Shown piece after piece: positions 1 to 12,779 of a stretch of 64,000 nt of DNA. How positions within the stretch are numbered: position 1 is the first letter of the stretch; every line of letters begins with the position of its first letter. A program made the position numbers and the translations under genes. The stretch is from the human T2T-CHM13v2.0 reference genome, Homo sapiens. Under the pieces are notes generated by a model, which saw only the letters and a list, made by a program, of their open reading frames with translations, was not told the origin of the DNA and did no database searches. The stretch lies in NCBI RefSeq assembly GCF_009914755.1, contig NC_060926.1, one strand, 5' to 3'.

Positions 1-542
1 CTAGCAGAGGCCAGGGCCTTGCAGGAGGATTTTTGCAGACACCCAACTTCCTGCATCAGTGGGGTCGAGTGATCTCTGGAGTGCCTTCCGACCTGGAGAG
101 GTCATTTCAAGTCTCTGCAACGGTAGCGATGGTAGCTCCAGCAAGGGAGGGAGAAGGGGCTTCCACTGGCTCTTGGACACTCCAGCTGTCATTTTTGGGA
201 ATGTGCTTATCTGCCCCAGAGGGAAATAGATGATTGAGAAAGGAGGCAACCAGGGGACTTAGGCTTTACCAGCAGTGACCTACTAGCTCCGGTGTGTCTG
301 CCTCAGACAGCAGGCCAAGGCTAGTGTCACGGCAGTTTAGGGGGTCCTGCACATTCACTGTGCCAACGAGCGGTATTTTGCAAACTTATTATAAACAGAT
401 TATATTTCTTATCCTAATGTGGCTGTTGGCTACCTGCCCATGAATTTTAGCCTCCAGGAGAAAAACAATTGCTTGAGCTGAGTGTTCTGTGCTTTTACTT
501 TCCATACATTACTCAGGGCTCCTTCCAGTTCCCCCAACCCTT

Positions 543-610
543 AATCTCTCTCTTTCTCTCTCTCTCTCGCTTTCATTCTCTCTCTCTCTCCATCTTTTTC
601 CTTCTTTTCA
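543..610. repeat. CT-rich low-complexity tract
   Basis: Imperfect (CT)n runs (ctctctctttctctctctctctc...). Confidence 0.8.
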
Positions 611-2494
611 GAAAGTCCTCTTTCATCTTGGGCATAACTAGAAAATCTGTAAGCTGTGCTTTCTGCCATGCATTAGCCAACAGGGTCCTTTCCTCCCAAG
701 CCAGGGAAGAAAGCACAAAAACCAATGTCCAGGCTGGGCCTCTCAGGGTCCACAGCATCACAGGCAAAGGAAGTAACTGTCTCCATGCCTACCAACGGAT
801 CCACACACATCTCACTGGGCAGCATCTCTGCCCCAGGAAGCAGCGCGCTTACTACACTGGGCACCCAGATGTCTGGTCTTGCGTGGCAGGCAGCCACTTT
901 CTCCTGGCCTTTTCTTGTCCCAAAAGTCAGAGGGGCAGGCCAGTTCCAGAATGGGATTCCAGGCAGACCAGGAGACTAGGAGTGCATGTGAACAACTGCA
1001 AGGGGATGCGTCTGTCTGCCTGGTGTCCGTGTGTTCATGTGCACACCTGTGCACGCGCTCCCCCAGACTTACACACTCGTGAACACATGCTCACACAAGT
1101 TCATGCACGGGAGTAGCTCCAAGCCTCTCACTCAGCACTTTGCTATTAATAGCTCACTTTTCTAAAAAAGTCTGCTTAGCCGTTTGTAAGAATAACCACC
1201 ACTGCCTGTGTGACAGCCCAGGCCCCCGCAGGGAGGACAGGGCCGGCCCTCTGCTAGGACTGCCTGACTGCCTGCCTCATGTTAGAATCCAGAGGGAGGG
1301 CCAAGAGGGGAGATGAAAACCCTTCCTGAGTGGCCAGGGCAGCCTCCAGTGCCTGTGCCCAGGGACAAGGCAACTCACTGGTAATGTCTGCGGGCAATTG
1401 GCCAGGCCCCTGAGAGCCAAGATGCCACCTTCTTCATGGTGACAGCAGGGAGCATGCTCCATGAAACCAGAATGAGCCTGTTCTCCACTCTGGGGTCCTG
1501 CTGTAAAAGCCAAGAAGCAGAGAGCCAAGCTGAGCCCACCAAGAGCTTGGCACGAGGCTGTCACCCACAACTTCTCGCTGATCCAAAAGACAGGCTCTGA
1601 GGCTGGAAATTCAAGTGTGGTGGTGCTGTGACACAGCACACAGCCACCGTGCACTTGTGTCCCTGGCAGCCGCAATCCGGGCCTGAGAGGGCCCAGTGTC
1701 TGTGGGTGTTTGTATTTAATTGCAGTGGGGTGAGAAAGGCCAATGGTTGGGTTTTATTTCAAACCTGCTTTGAGGAGAAGTAACATTAGGTGGCCCAGAG
1801 CTGTGAAATGTGTCCTGGTCATAAATGCTTCACCATCAATTAACACCTCCAGAATACCTAAGAGTTGCCAGCAACTTCCCATTCAAATAACCTCTTAAAC
1901 CTTCCTCCACACCACACTGCCCATTCCCTCGCAGGCAGACCTGCATGGTTTGATGACGACTGGTCACACTGCTGGCCCTATCTGTATAAAAGTCCAGACA
2001 GTTGGGCTGTGAGGGGAAATGCCTACCTCAGAGTAGCTTAAGAAAGAAAGATATTGGTTTACTTCTGAAAAGCTCAAGACCAGCTGAGTTTAATGGCATC
2101 ATTAAACTCATTAGACATGGGGCTGGGAAGTGGCTGCCAGCAGTTTGGTGCACAGCCTGTCCTCTCAGCAGCCCAGGTGGCAGGTGTCTTGGGAGTGGCA
2201 ATGATGAGACCAGCTGCTCATCCTGGGCTGGTCATTGTGACTCAGATGTGGAGTGGGCTGGTTAGTGGTTCTGGGCCACTTGTCCATCTCTGGATCTGGC
2301 AGCTCCATCTACACAGTGTCGGGCTAGGCATGGGAGCATTCTGGGCCAGGAGAAAGGGGATTGGATCCTGGATGGTGGGAACCGCAGGTGTCCCCCTCCA
2401 CGTGCCTGGGTCCAAGACTGCTCTGCTCTGGACCTTCTACGCCTTCAGAGGTACAAGTTGCAGTGCTACCCTTGCTGAACCTACAACCCTGTTC

Positions 2495-2610
2495 AAGTGA
2501 CAACTTCTCTGAGTCTCATACGAGGATATAGAAAGAACCTTCTGCACAGGGCTGTTGTGAGGATTAACCGTAATAATACAAGAATATCTGGCACTTGCAT
2601 TCAGCAACTC
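2495..2610 (+). mobile_element. MIR SINE fragment
   Basis: ttctctgagtctca...cacagggctgttgtgaggattaa resembles the MIR core and 3' part. Confidence 0.6.
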
Positions 2611-3054
2611 ACCGCTTACTTGTTCAACCAGGTAAAAAGGTTCTGATCCCAGTGTTGCAGGACAGAAAGACCTCCCCCTCTGTAGCTGCAGATGTGACCC
2701 AGCACAGAAAAAATGGCAGGTGAAAGACAGGCAGGAAGAGCAACTAAGAAGGTGGGAGGCACCTCCATAAGATGCCTGAGGCCATGGGGATGACCGTTCA
2801 CAGAGCTAGTCCCTCGAGCAATGTGTTAAATCTACTGAACTGTGATAAAGCAACTTCTGGGTGAATTTTGTCCTGCTACAAGGTGTCATGGAATGGCAAG
2901 GTGGCAGATCTCAGAAGTGGATCCAATGGTTTTTTTTTAGGTAAAGCAGAACATTCCTGGGGATGGTGTCAAACTCCCTTCCATACTGTTGAGTCTGCTG
3001 ATGATTACACTGGCTTCTCCTCTTTGCCCCATCATTTCACAGGTTCCCATCTTA

Positions 3055-3171
3055 AAGAGGAAGAGAAAGGAAGGAGGGAACGAAGGAAGGGAGGGAGGAA
3101 GGAAGGAAGGAAGGATGGAAGGAAGGAAGGAAGGAAAGGGAGAGAGGGAGGGAAGAAGAGAGGGAAGGAAG
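3055..3171 (+). repeat. GA-rich / (GGAA)n microsatellite
   Basis: (GGAA)4-GGAT-(GGAA)5 at 3097-3136 within an almost purely purine tract. Confidence 0.9.
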
Positions 3172-3649
3172 TTATCAAACCCAAGCTCTGTGCAGAGCAG
3201 GAGACGTTTCCATGGGACCCCTAGAATAGATAGGTTCTTGCTGCTCTCCTGGTGGATGGAGATGCCCACCAGTAGCTGTGAGAGTCTCCCCGAAGGCCTG
3301 ATTGTGGCTCCAAGTTCCGTAGGACTCACTAGTCTTTTTTCCCTAGAGGGTCTTGCCATTGAGAGGCAGGTGATGTGCTGTTTCAGAAAACAAAATTGGG
3401 ACATGTCCTGATATGACATCCATCAAATATATACAGATAGGTGTCACAGCCCCCGAAAAAGCTTATCTCTTCTAGGCCACACATAGCTATTTCCTCCAAC
3501 TGTGTCAGACATTACAAAGTTTCTAGCAATCAAAACAAGTCAAATGCCATTCTCAGGACCCGTTGGAGGATTTTTTGCTTTGTTTTGGCTTTGTACGGTA
3601 TCCATACCATTTTCCAAATTCTTTTGTCCTTACATATTTTGTTTTTCTT

Positions 3650-4620
3650 AAAAAAAAAAATCACCTATAATCCCATCACCAGACAAAACCACTAGAAAGA
3701 AACCAACATTTTAGCCATGTTTTTCTGTATATAAAAAAAGTGTGTGTGGAATTTTTCATAACACTATTGGGACCATGACATCTATCACATTTTTTATTAG
3801 GAAATGGCCTTCAACAATATGCATTTAACAATATGCTTGATGTCTGTGTAATATTTCATCTTACAAATATATCATGATTTATTTAAGTATTCCCTGATTG
3901 CTTGCTTCTAACTAGAAAAAACAATTTTTCTAAGTGTCACCACTGGGTTAGAGTAATCTCAGCCAATCCTCCTAATAGCACTGTGAGACCAGAGTTATGA
4001 TAATCTTCAGTTAATGGACAAGGGACATGATGGTGTGGAAGGATAAATAAACTACCCAAAGACAACTAGCTAGTGAGACCAGCATGGACAGTCAAGCCCA
4101 GTGCATGTAATCTGTGCTCCCCTGCACTGTTGCTCATATACTTGGACCCTTGCATACATGATTTTCTTATTCATCTTGAAAGAGAAATGTTAGCTTACTG
4201 TTTTTATTTGCATTTATTTCGTTGCTTTTGAGTTTGAGCATCTTTCCATTTCTTATAGACCATTTGCATTTGTTTTCCTACAAAATGCCTGTTCATGGCT
4301 TTTGCCCATTTTTCTGTTAGCCTTGTCCTATGTATACACACATGTATATTATTAGTTCACTATCTGTCAGGTAAATTCCCCAGTTTTCTTCTTGCCTTTT
4401 AATGTTGTTATGGTCATTTAGGACTAGAAAGTTTTAAATCTTGTATGCCTATCAGTATTTTACTGTGTGACTATTCCCATTATTTTTATGCTTAGAAAGT
4501 TTTCATTCCTATCAAGTATAGATAAATGTTCAGTTCTACTATTTTATTTTAACTGTGCAGTGGGTTCATTTTTGGCATTGAATTAATTAATCTATCTGGA
4601 TGTTATCATTAGTTTCCTTC
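3650..4620 (-). mobile_element. Old L1 (L1ME-like) antisense fragments interrupted by a MIR (~3960-4130)
   Basis: T-rich antisense L1 phrases (ttgagcatctttccatttc, tgcctgttcatggcttttgcccatttttct); MIR-like segment in the middle. Confidence 0.5.
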
Positions 4621-4636
4621 TGAAAAAGTCAGTCCA

Positions 4637-4920
4637 GGCTGGGTGTGGTGACTCACACCTGTAATCCCAGCACTTTGGAAGGCCTGAGTCCAGGAGTTCA
4701 AGAACCAGCCTGAGCAACATGGCAAAACTGTGTCTCTATCAAAAATACAAAAATTAGCTGGGAGTGGTGGCACATGCCTGTGTTCTTAGCTACTCAGGAG
4801 GATAAAGTGGGAGGATTGCTGGGGACTAGGAAGTTGAGGCTGCAGTGAGCCATGATTGCACCCCTGCACTCCAGCCTCGGTGACAGAGCAAGACCCTGTC
4901 TCAAAAAAAAAAAAAAAAAA
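4637..4920 (+). mobile_element. AluJ-type element with left-arm deletion
   Basis: ggctgggtgtggtgactcacacctgtaatcccagcactttgg..., gaggctgcagtgagccatgatt (J-type), A-tail; ~20 nt missing after ctttggaaggc. Confidence 0.9.
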
Positions 4921-5544
4921 TGCAGCCCAGATGTACTGGAACAAGCTTGTGTGGGATGGCTACACTCCTTTCCTGTTCTAACACACCTGTTACCTGGATG
5001 AGCTCCTATATCCTTATCCAGGTACCAGGTCTGCCACACCTGGTACCGGCATGAGCCCTGTGGGGAACATACCAGCAGAGACATTATACTTCCACCGAGA
5101 CAAAATAAAGCCACATTGACTTTTAGTACTCATATTATTGACTGACATTAAACCCATGGCAACTAAAATCTCATTGTTTTTTTTTTATTCTGGGGGTGAG
5201 GGTACAACTTTTAGAGAAAGTATCTCTCCCTAAGACTGCCAATCACTCTAAATTTGCATCTAACACTTCTACATAACTTTATCTACCGAGTAGGCAGTAT
5301 TTACCGTCTGCTGTTTCATCTTGTAGCATAATTTTCTTTTATATTTCCAGGTGTGAAAATATTCAAACTGACCCCTAATTCTCAGCTTTCAGAGCTATCT
5401 GCTACTTCCCAGGTCACTTTGGTTTTTAAGCGCTTTCACATGCTGTTGTTGGACATATGGGTTATTCCCAAATCTTGTTTTCACGTAGGCAGCTGTCAAG
5501 TCAAGATAGCCATGGCCCTGCCTGGCATGTTCTTTAAGATTGCA

Positions 5545-5887
<343 letters not shown>

Positions 5888-6064
5888 TAATACTGTGTTT
5901 TTCTTGACATATATTCCAACTAAATTCTTCTGGGTGTTGTTGGTTTGACCTCATATTCAGTCCTATTGAAATGAATTTGAATCATTCATGATTTGGTTAT
6001 TTATTGCATTCATTGTCCTTCTCAGCTTCTGGTTACCCACACATTAGACACAAGTGCCTTTGGC

Positions 6065-6180
6065 ATCTTTTTTCAAATCTACAGATGAGGAAACTGAATC
6101 CTAGAATGGTGGAGTGATTTGACGAATATTGCAAAACTATAATGGGGAGATGAGATGGGGATCCAAGTCTTGTGCCCCCA
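6065..6180 (-). mobile_element. MIR fragment
   Basis: acagatgaggaaactga core. Confidence 0.75.
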
Positions 6181-7379
6181 AAGACAGGGCACCAGGCAGC
6201 GTAGAGGTGGCCAGTACCAGAGCAACAGCCTAACAATGGTATGTATGTCACACACCCAGCTCACTCAATCCTGACCACAACCCCCCCACTGCTCTGATTC
6301 CTGCCCCATCAGTAGCGTCTGAAAGGACATCTCCAAGTTCACCTTCAAGGACACTGTTAAGGCTGGGCCAGTGGAAGGAATATGACCCCTGGCACTGTCC
6401 CCCTTCATAAGACTTCAAAGTTCATCATTTCATTTGGGCATCATTTTACAATTTGCTAGGAATCCCTCTTATCTTATTTTCATCTGGTCCATATTCCTCC
6501 GTTTCAAAAACAAGACTATCCTGAAAAACTGTCAGCTGCTTGCTGAGGTTATTTTTGGTATACAGTACTTACCAGAGTCACCTGGTCAGCATTAATCACC
6601 CCATCATGAAAGATTTATGGTTGTTTGGGGGGTACTGAACCCATGTTGTACCCTATGTTTTTTCTGAAATATTTTCAATCTAGATGGTCAGTAGTTCTAG
6701 AATATTCCCTCAGGGATTGCCATCGACAATTGACCATTTTTATAAATGTTAGAAATGGACCGTTTGCCCAGGAGAGGGCTTCCCTGTGTTGAGTTTCTGT
6801 GTTGCTGCCAGGTCTTCGAAGAGTTTTCATTGTTAAACTTGTGTAGGGCATCCAAGCACCACCTTGCTGTCTTCTCACCAGGCCAGGGGTCCACCTTTTG
6901 GAAGAGCATCTTTCTAACTAGAAGAGAGAGATGTGAAGTTGAAATTACTTGGCTCTGCCTCCTTTTTTTTTTTTCTCAAGTTTCTACATTTTAGCATCTT
7001 TCCTGTGTAATCCCTTTCTTGTCCTACTCTTCAAATAGCTTTGAAAACCCTTCTGAGATCACGGGCCTATTTTCAGCCTCTGCTTGGTGTGGGCTTTTGG
7101 TTTCCCAGTGTGGTTCTCACAGGTTCAGGCCCCCCCAACCCCGGTATTGACTCCGTGTCAACTTCTCATCTTCTGGGTATGCCTTTCTGAAAGTCTGAGA
7201 TCACCAGTGGTACCCTGTGTGGCCCACACTGGATTTTTCTATTTCCTCTTTTTGGTCCTCACTGGGCTTATTCAGGATTATTTACGATACATATGCAGAA
7301 TTTGGGGTTTTCTCCTAATCTCTTTTCTCACTTGGGATCTGTGTGTGTTCAGACTCCCTAGCCCCAGCCCTCCAGGTTA

Positions 7380-7520
7380 ATATTGTGTGGCACTAGGACA
7401 TTAGCCTCAGTTTCTTCAATTTGATATAATTGTGTATGATAATAGAATTTACCTCCTGGAGTTGTTATGAGGATTGAAGGAAATAGTGCTTAGTTGTGGT
7501 TAGTATTAATATTATTATCT
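7380..7520 (+). mobile_element. MIR fragment
   Basis: gcctcagtttcttc...tacctcctggagttgttatgaggattgaa. Confidence 0.7.
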
Positions 7521-7529
7521 ACCTATTCC

Positions 7530-7990
7530 TGACACACTTTGTGGTTATAAGTGACAGAAAACTACCTCAAACTGGCTTAAACATGAAAAGAGAATCTGTT
7601 GCTCAGAGAAGTTTCCCCTAGGAATTACCATCAAGCAACATCCAAAGGTAGACCTGGCTTTCAGCACTGCTGGGTTCACAGCCCTGGTAATGTCCTCAGG
7701 ACTCAGTTGTGTCCATCTGGTTCCTCTGACGCTCTGTGTGGAAGGAGGAGGTGGCGCAGCAGCAGCCTCCAGCTTGGCATAGCCATGGTGGGGAGCAGGA
7801 CCCCAGCGCTTAGGTTTGGCTCCTATCTCAGCAAACTGGTGCTCTGCCAAACTGAATTTGGAAGACTTGCTTTCCCAGAGAAGAGAGCACATGAGCCTTC
7901 CTGACTGCGAGTGATATTGCTGACACAAACTGGACACTTCCTCCACTCTGTAGCTAAGGGGCAGCTGGGCCTTTCAATGCAGCTCTTTTC
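7530..7990. mobile_element. Old MaLR LTR (MLT1J/K-like)
   Basis: ggttataagtgacagaaaactacctcaaactggcttaaac is a typical MLT1J/K terminus. Confidence 0.6.
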
Positions 7991-9394
7991 TAGCAAGGGA
8001 GACCCCACCAGAATTGAGATGGGTAACCCCGAGCCCTGTGCACAGGTGCCTGCTTTTATTCCCTCATTCATCTCGGTCTGAACATTCCTGACCTTGACTC
8101 TTGCCTGCGACATCCTCTGCACTCCTCCACATGCTCCACTCAGCTCGCTCCTGAGAGCTGGTAATTAATCGGCCTTGTCTTTACCCTCTGACCCCACTGA
8201 GCCTCCCAGATGGGTTTCCACACCTGGCAAATGACCTTGGAGTTACTCCTAACTTTGTCCCACAGGCCTGCTGGATTGGATTTAATGTTTGCTTGCTAAC
8301 TTCTCTGACTCTTGACCTGGTCTGGTCACTTGCTGTGGTTGTGTGTGACACCTCTGTGTTATACACAGTGCCGGGCATTGCTTTTTCAGCAGCCTGGAAT
8401 CCACTGCCTCTTCTTTCCCCAATTCGATGTCCTTTTGTGGCACTACTCTCTCACTGGGCGCCGTCTTCATGGTAAATCCAGGTGCTTTTCCCCCTGCGTG
8501 GAAGTGGAAAGTTGTCCACAGTGTCTCCTCCCTTGCCCCAGGGTGGTCCTGAGCTGAGCTGAGCTGAGTGGTCTCAGGGGGAGGGACAGCAGGCTGTTTG
8601 TTCCCTGTAGAGGCGCTTGATGGTGGAGCGCTCTTGTCCCAGTTGAACCTGGTTCTCCAGCTCAGAATCCAGCACCCCTGTTGACCTCACAAGCTTCTTC
8701 ATAGCTTCCAATTCATTCCCCTCCCTGCTTGAGTCAGCAAGGGTCGTTCCTTCTGCTTTCAAGAGTCCTAGCTCATATTCCTGTGCTGTGCTCTATCTTC
8801 CCTGGCTTTATAGATTTACTTGGGCTCTTTTCACTCCTCCCTCTGAAGTTACCAATTGCACTTTTTCTGGTCTCATGGGCTGGCCTCCTGCAGCATGCTC
8901 TGCTCTTCCCAGCTTTGGGCCAGCACTTCCTGCTTCCTGCCAGGCCCCCGCTGTTCTGAGGTGGATCTGGGCTGCAGTCCAGGAGACAAAATTCTCCACT
9001 GTGACACCATCTACATGCCCAGATGTTCCCTCCATGTACTTCCTCTTTCTCCTTTTCTTTTCCAAACTCACAACCTTCCAGTGAGAGAAGGAATGAAAAC
9101 ACCACCTGTAACACCAATTCCTCCAATTTCCTCCCCAGAACTTCAAAGTAAACAGAAATGTATTGGGCTTAGACTGGGACTTATGGATGGTCAGAGTTGG
9201 AAGAAGCCTTAGAAACCATCACAAGCCTTTGCTCCCAGGGCTGTCTCTGATCGTTTGGTTGTGGCTGACTGGGTTGTCACATCTGGACACAGGAAGAAAA
9301 GTGCTGGGAGTGATTCCCAATGTCTGAGTGGATGAGGGAAGGGGGAGTGACAGCATATGAGCTAGTTATTTGCCCGTCCTTTAACAATCTGCTC

Positions 9395-9505
9395 TGTACT
9401 TTACAAAATGGGGAAACTGAGTCACACATCTATCAAGCTGTCTAAGGCCACACAGGAAGTCAGGGCAGATTTGGGGGTAGAATCCAGGTTGTCCAGCCTT
9501 CTCTA
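9395..9505 (-). mobile_element. MIR fragment
   Basis: ttacaaaatggggaaactgagtc...aaggccacacagga...agaatccagg. Confidence 0.7.
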
Positions 9506-12500
9506 TCAACAACAATGACTTCTCTTTCCCATTGGAATTCACTGTCATAGGATGTCATCTAAGTCCACTTCCTGACAGCCTGTGTGTCTCCCAGTCTGTG
9601 ATGTCATGCTATACTCGGCCACCTCTGTACAGGACAGTGTGGCACGAAAGGGATCCTGCTGGTGCCTGTGGGGCTGGGGCTAATACTCTGGGACAACTTT
9701 CAGAATCACAGTTCTTCTACCCTAGGACAAGAGGGTGGTATACAGCCAAGGAAAGGTGGTCCTGGGCTCTGCAGCCATGGAGCTCCAGGGTTTGGAAGGT
9801 GCCGTGGAATCTTACTCCTTAGTTTGGACTTTTGTCAAACTGCAGCTGGAAAAAAATTAGAAATTGCTGCTCCAAATGGAACATACTCCATTTCATTCCA
9901 AATGAGAAGTAAACAAATAGACGGGTGAGCCTCCCCAAAATGATAAAACTCTTCACACTTAAGATGAGAAGTCAGTTCAAGTGCAGTCCTGGCGTGACTC
10001 ACTGGGGTTTGCTGCAGGAAGATAGGGGCGAAATGTCCTCATCCTGCCTATAGAAGCCAGCTCCTTATTTTAAATCCCATCCTGCTTGACTATCAAAGTC
10101 AGACAGAGCCTTCCTAAAAGCTGAAACACACGCACAGAATGAGAAGTCCCTGCGGGAGCAAGTTCACTGTGGTGAGAACCTTGCAGAGCAGACAGCTCCA
10201 GGGGCCAGCGGCTGCCTGCAAACACTTGCTGAGCAAGTCCCTGGGAGAGGGGCCTTTCTCCCAGGCCAGGAACGCCAAAGTGGGGTTTCCTGATAAGGAA
10301 CACAGAACTGCTGTTTCTTGGAGAGGGAGTTCACACGGACTGGGATCCATTCTCAGGCTGGGCCTTAGTAGTGGGACAGCATCCTGTTTTATTAAAAGCC
10401 TGTTGCTGGCAGGGAAAGCCATCTGCCTGCTGAGTGGGCAGGGGCCCAAGATCGCTGTGGGCAATTCCAAGCCAGTACTGGGAGCTGACATCAAACCAGG
10501 AAAGAACACGACTGTTTTTAGCTGATGTAGCAGTACATTTTCTTTCTTTCTTTCTTTCTTTTTTTTTTTTTTAATAGTTCTATTGCCCGGTTTCACTGTG
10601 TACATTTTGTGTGTGCAGGCATGCGTGTGACATCCTGTACCCAGCTACAGCCGAGGTTCACTCTGAGATGAGCCCACCCCACTTATTCTCCCCTTCTCCC
10701 TCCTTTCCCCACCTCCCCCTCTTCCCCATCCTTCCCCCACTGACCTCCCCAGCTCTAAAACCCCTGATAGACATAAAGAACAGAGGGAAACCCAGGCTGT
10801 AACCTGGGGTTATTCACAGGGTTGGGGTGGGTGAGAGAAGAAAAACAGACTTCTTTGTTTATCTTTTGAGTCTTGAAATTCTAAAAAATTCATTCATTTC
10901 CAAGGAAGCCTTAATTTGTAGGATTCCAAGAAATTTAAAAAAAGTAAAGGGAGATTCACTTCAAAAGAAACTAGGGGAAAAGCTGTTTTCTTTTTTAGTT
11001 GATTTGTTCATTATTCTTATTTTATTTAAAGTTAGGTTTGTTGAAGGCAGGCAAAGGTAGTCACTTTTTCATATTTGTATTACATTCTTACTTTCTTCCT
11101 CCATTGCCTTATCAGTTAAGAGGGCAAATAATATTTCAAGAGACTGATAGAATATGTTCTGCACTCTGCTCATTTCATAGCTCTCTGGGGAATTGGGGTT
11201 TTTATAAACTTTTATAATCACATTTTCTGCTGAGGTTATAGATGACTCCGAGAATCTCCCATTCATGCTGTAAATTAAAGTGACTCAAATTGCTTCCACT
11301 TTTACAAATTAAAAAAAAATGTACTTCTATACAGATTTTTAACAATTAACAAAAGGCCATTTTAACGCTCTGGTTGGTTGCCTGTACGTGATTTTTCTGG
11401 CTTTTCTTAAAATTTGGAGTGAACAGCTCCCATGTCAAATATAACATGTTAACTTATTGGCTTCTCTTTAACCCTGCACACAAACAATAAACTTTTCATG
11501 TAGAGCCAGAAAATGGTATATGTTGTGAACTTTTTTTTTTTTTAAAGATAGAGTTTGTGGTGATAAAGGGATTTCAGAAAAAAAAAATGTACTTGAAAAT
11601 ATGTTACTTCACATTGGAACATTCAATTTTATCTTAAGGATATAAATATTCAATTTTACCACATTAATCTTTGTACTGAGATAAGCCAAAAATAACGTAA
11701 ACTGACAATTGTTTGCTATACATTCTAATATTTTACATATTTATAGGAGTTTTCCAAGTCATGAGATATCATATAAGGCACACAAAAAAAGAATGACATA
11801 AATCATGTTAACTGCAGTCTACTTTTTCCTGAGCTATATCTTTAAGACAAAAGATATTTAACAAATTGAACTTGTTTTTTGTGGGAGGGTCCACTCTCTG
11901 GTTACTTAAGAGAAAACCAGAGGATTATCTTCGTGGTGAAGGAAAGTGTATAGAAGGCAGTATTTTTTTTTCTGTTATAAAGGGCCAGGGTTCTATCCAT
12001 TGGTGCAGTGTTCTGCCTTTTGTGTTTTTTTCTGGTTAATTTAAAACATTAGCTCCAAGTTTTTAATGTAGTAGTTTCCCGTGAGTCACTGGGCTGAAAG
12101 CCCATCCTATCTGTGTCAGGCAAGGGTCCAAGACAAGAAACAAGGAGAACACAGATATAAGAAAGCTTTATTAGTGCAGCTAAACATTGATAATTAGGAA
12201 AGTTCCAGTTCTTCTATGGTAGTTTATTTGTAGATAAATGTAGTTGTAACCTTTTGGTGCCAAAGGAAAAACTCCTCATTCAAGACAAGGGATACGGAAT
12301 AGGAAGAGCTCAAAGAAAACACAGTTTTCTGTGTTACAGACAAGTATTTACATTACTAATCAACTTTTGGTTCAGGAAAGAAGTGATAACCTGTTTAGAT
12401 TTTTAAAAGGAATTCAATATCCTGTTGACTAAATGCAGAGCAGGTTCAGAGGAAGACGACTGTTGAATAATGCAATTGATTCCTTCCAAGAAAGCATAGG

Positions 12501-12602
12501 GTGTAGTTTTTATTATAGGAAGTGCCATCGATAGTACTTTTTCTGCTTTCTGGAAAATCACCCAGGAAATAAAATTTGTTTTAAACATTATTTTTAAAAC
12601 AG

Positions 12603-12779
12603 GCTCTGCCGACTTCCAGTTCTGGAACAAGATGGTTAAACTCATTTTTCCCTGCTCTGCTCCTCTAAATACAACTAAGTACCTTGGAAACTATTCAGCA
12701 GACAATGATAAAGGGCTCTGAAAGCTAGAAGAAAAGGTGTACTTGCAAGAAACCTCAGGACTTGAGTAACAGCAACATG
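12603..12779 (+). ncRNA. CYTOR: Candidate internal exon of the CYTOR/MIR4435-2HG lncRNA, derived from an L1 5' end
   Basis: Acceptor tttttaaaacag| at 12602 and strong donor catg|gtaagt at 12779/12780. I recall tgataaagggctctgaaagc from MIR4435-2HG/CYTOR transcripts (unverified). An alternative acceptor lies at ctattcag (~12698). Confidence 0.6.

Noticed and set aside
469-1116. 215-aa ORF with a hydrophobic N-terminus
   Set aside because: Starts at TTG, the hydrophobic stretch is translated (CT)n repeat, and I recognise no homology.
1985-1991. TATAAAA box
   Set aside because: Isolated heptamer with no CpG island or other promoter support.
8549-8568. (GAGCT)n pentamers resembling immunoglobulin switch repeats
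   Set aside because: Only about 4 units, whereas real switch regions span kilobases.
10139-12400. Possible processed pseudogene or coding last exon with 3' UTR
   Set aside because: The 128-aa ORF matches no protein I recognise, and I see no poly(A) tail with TSDs.
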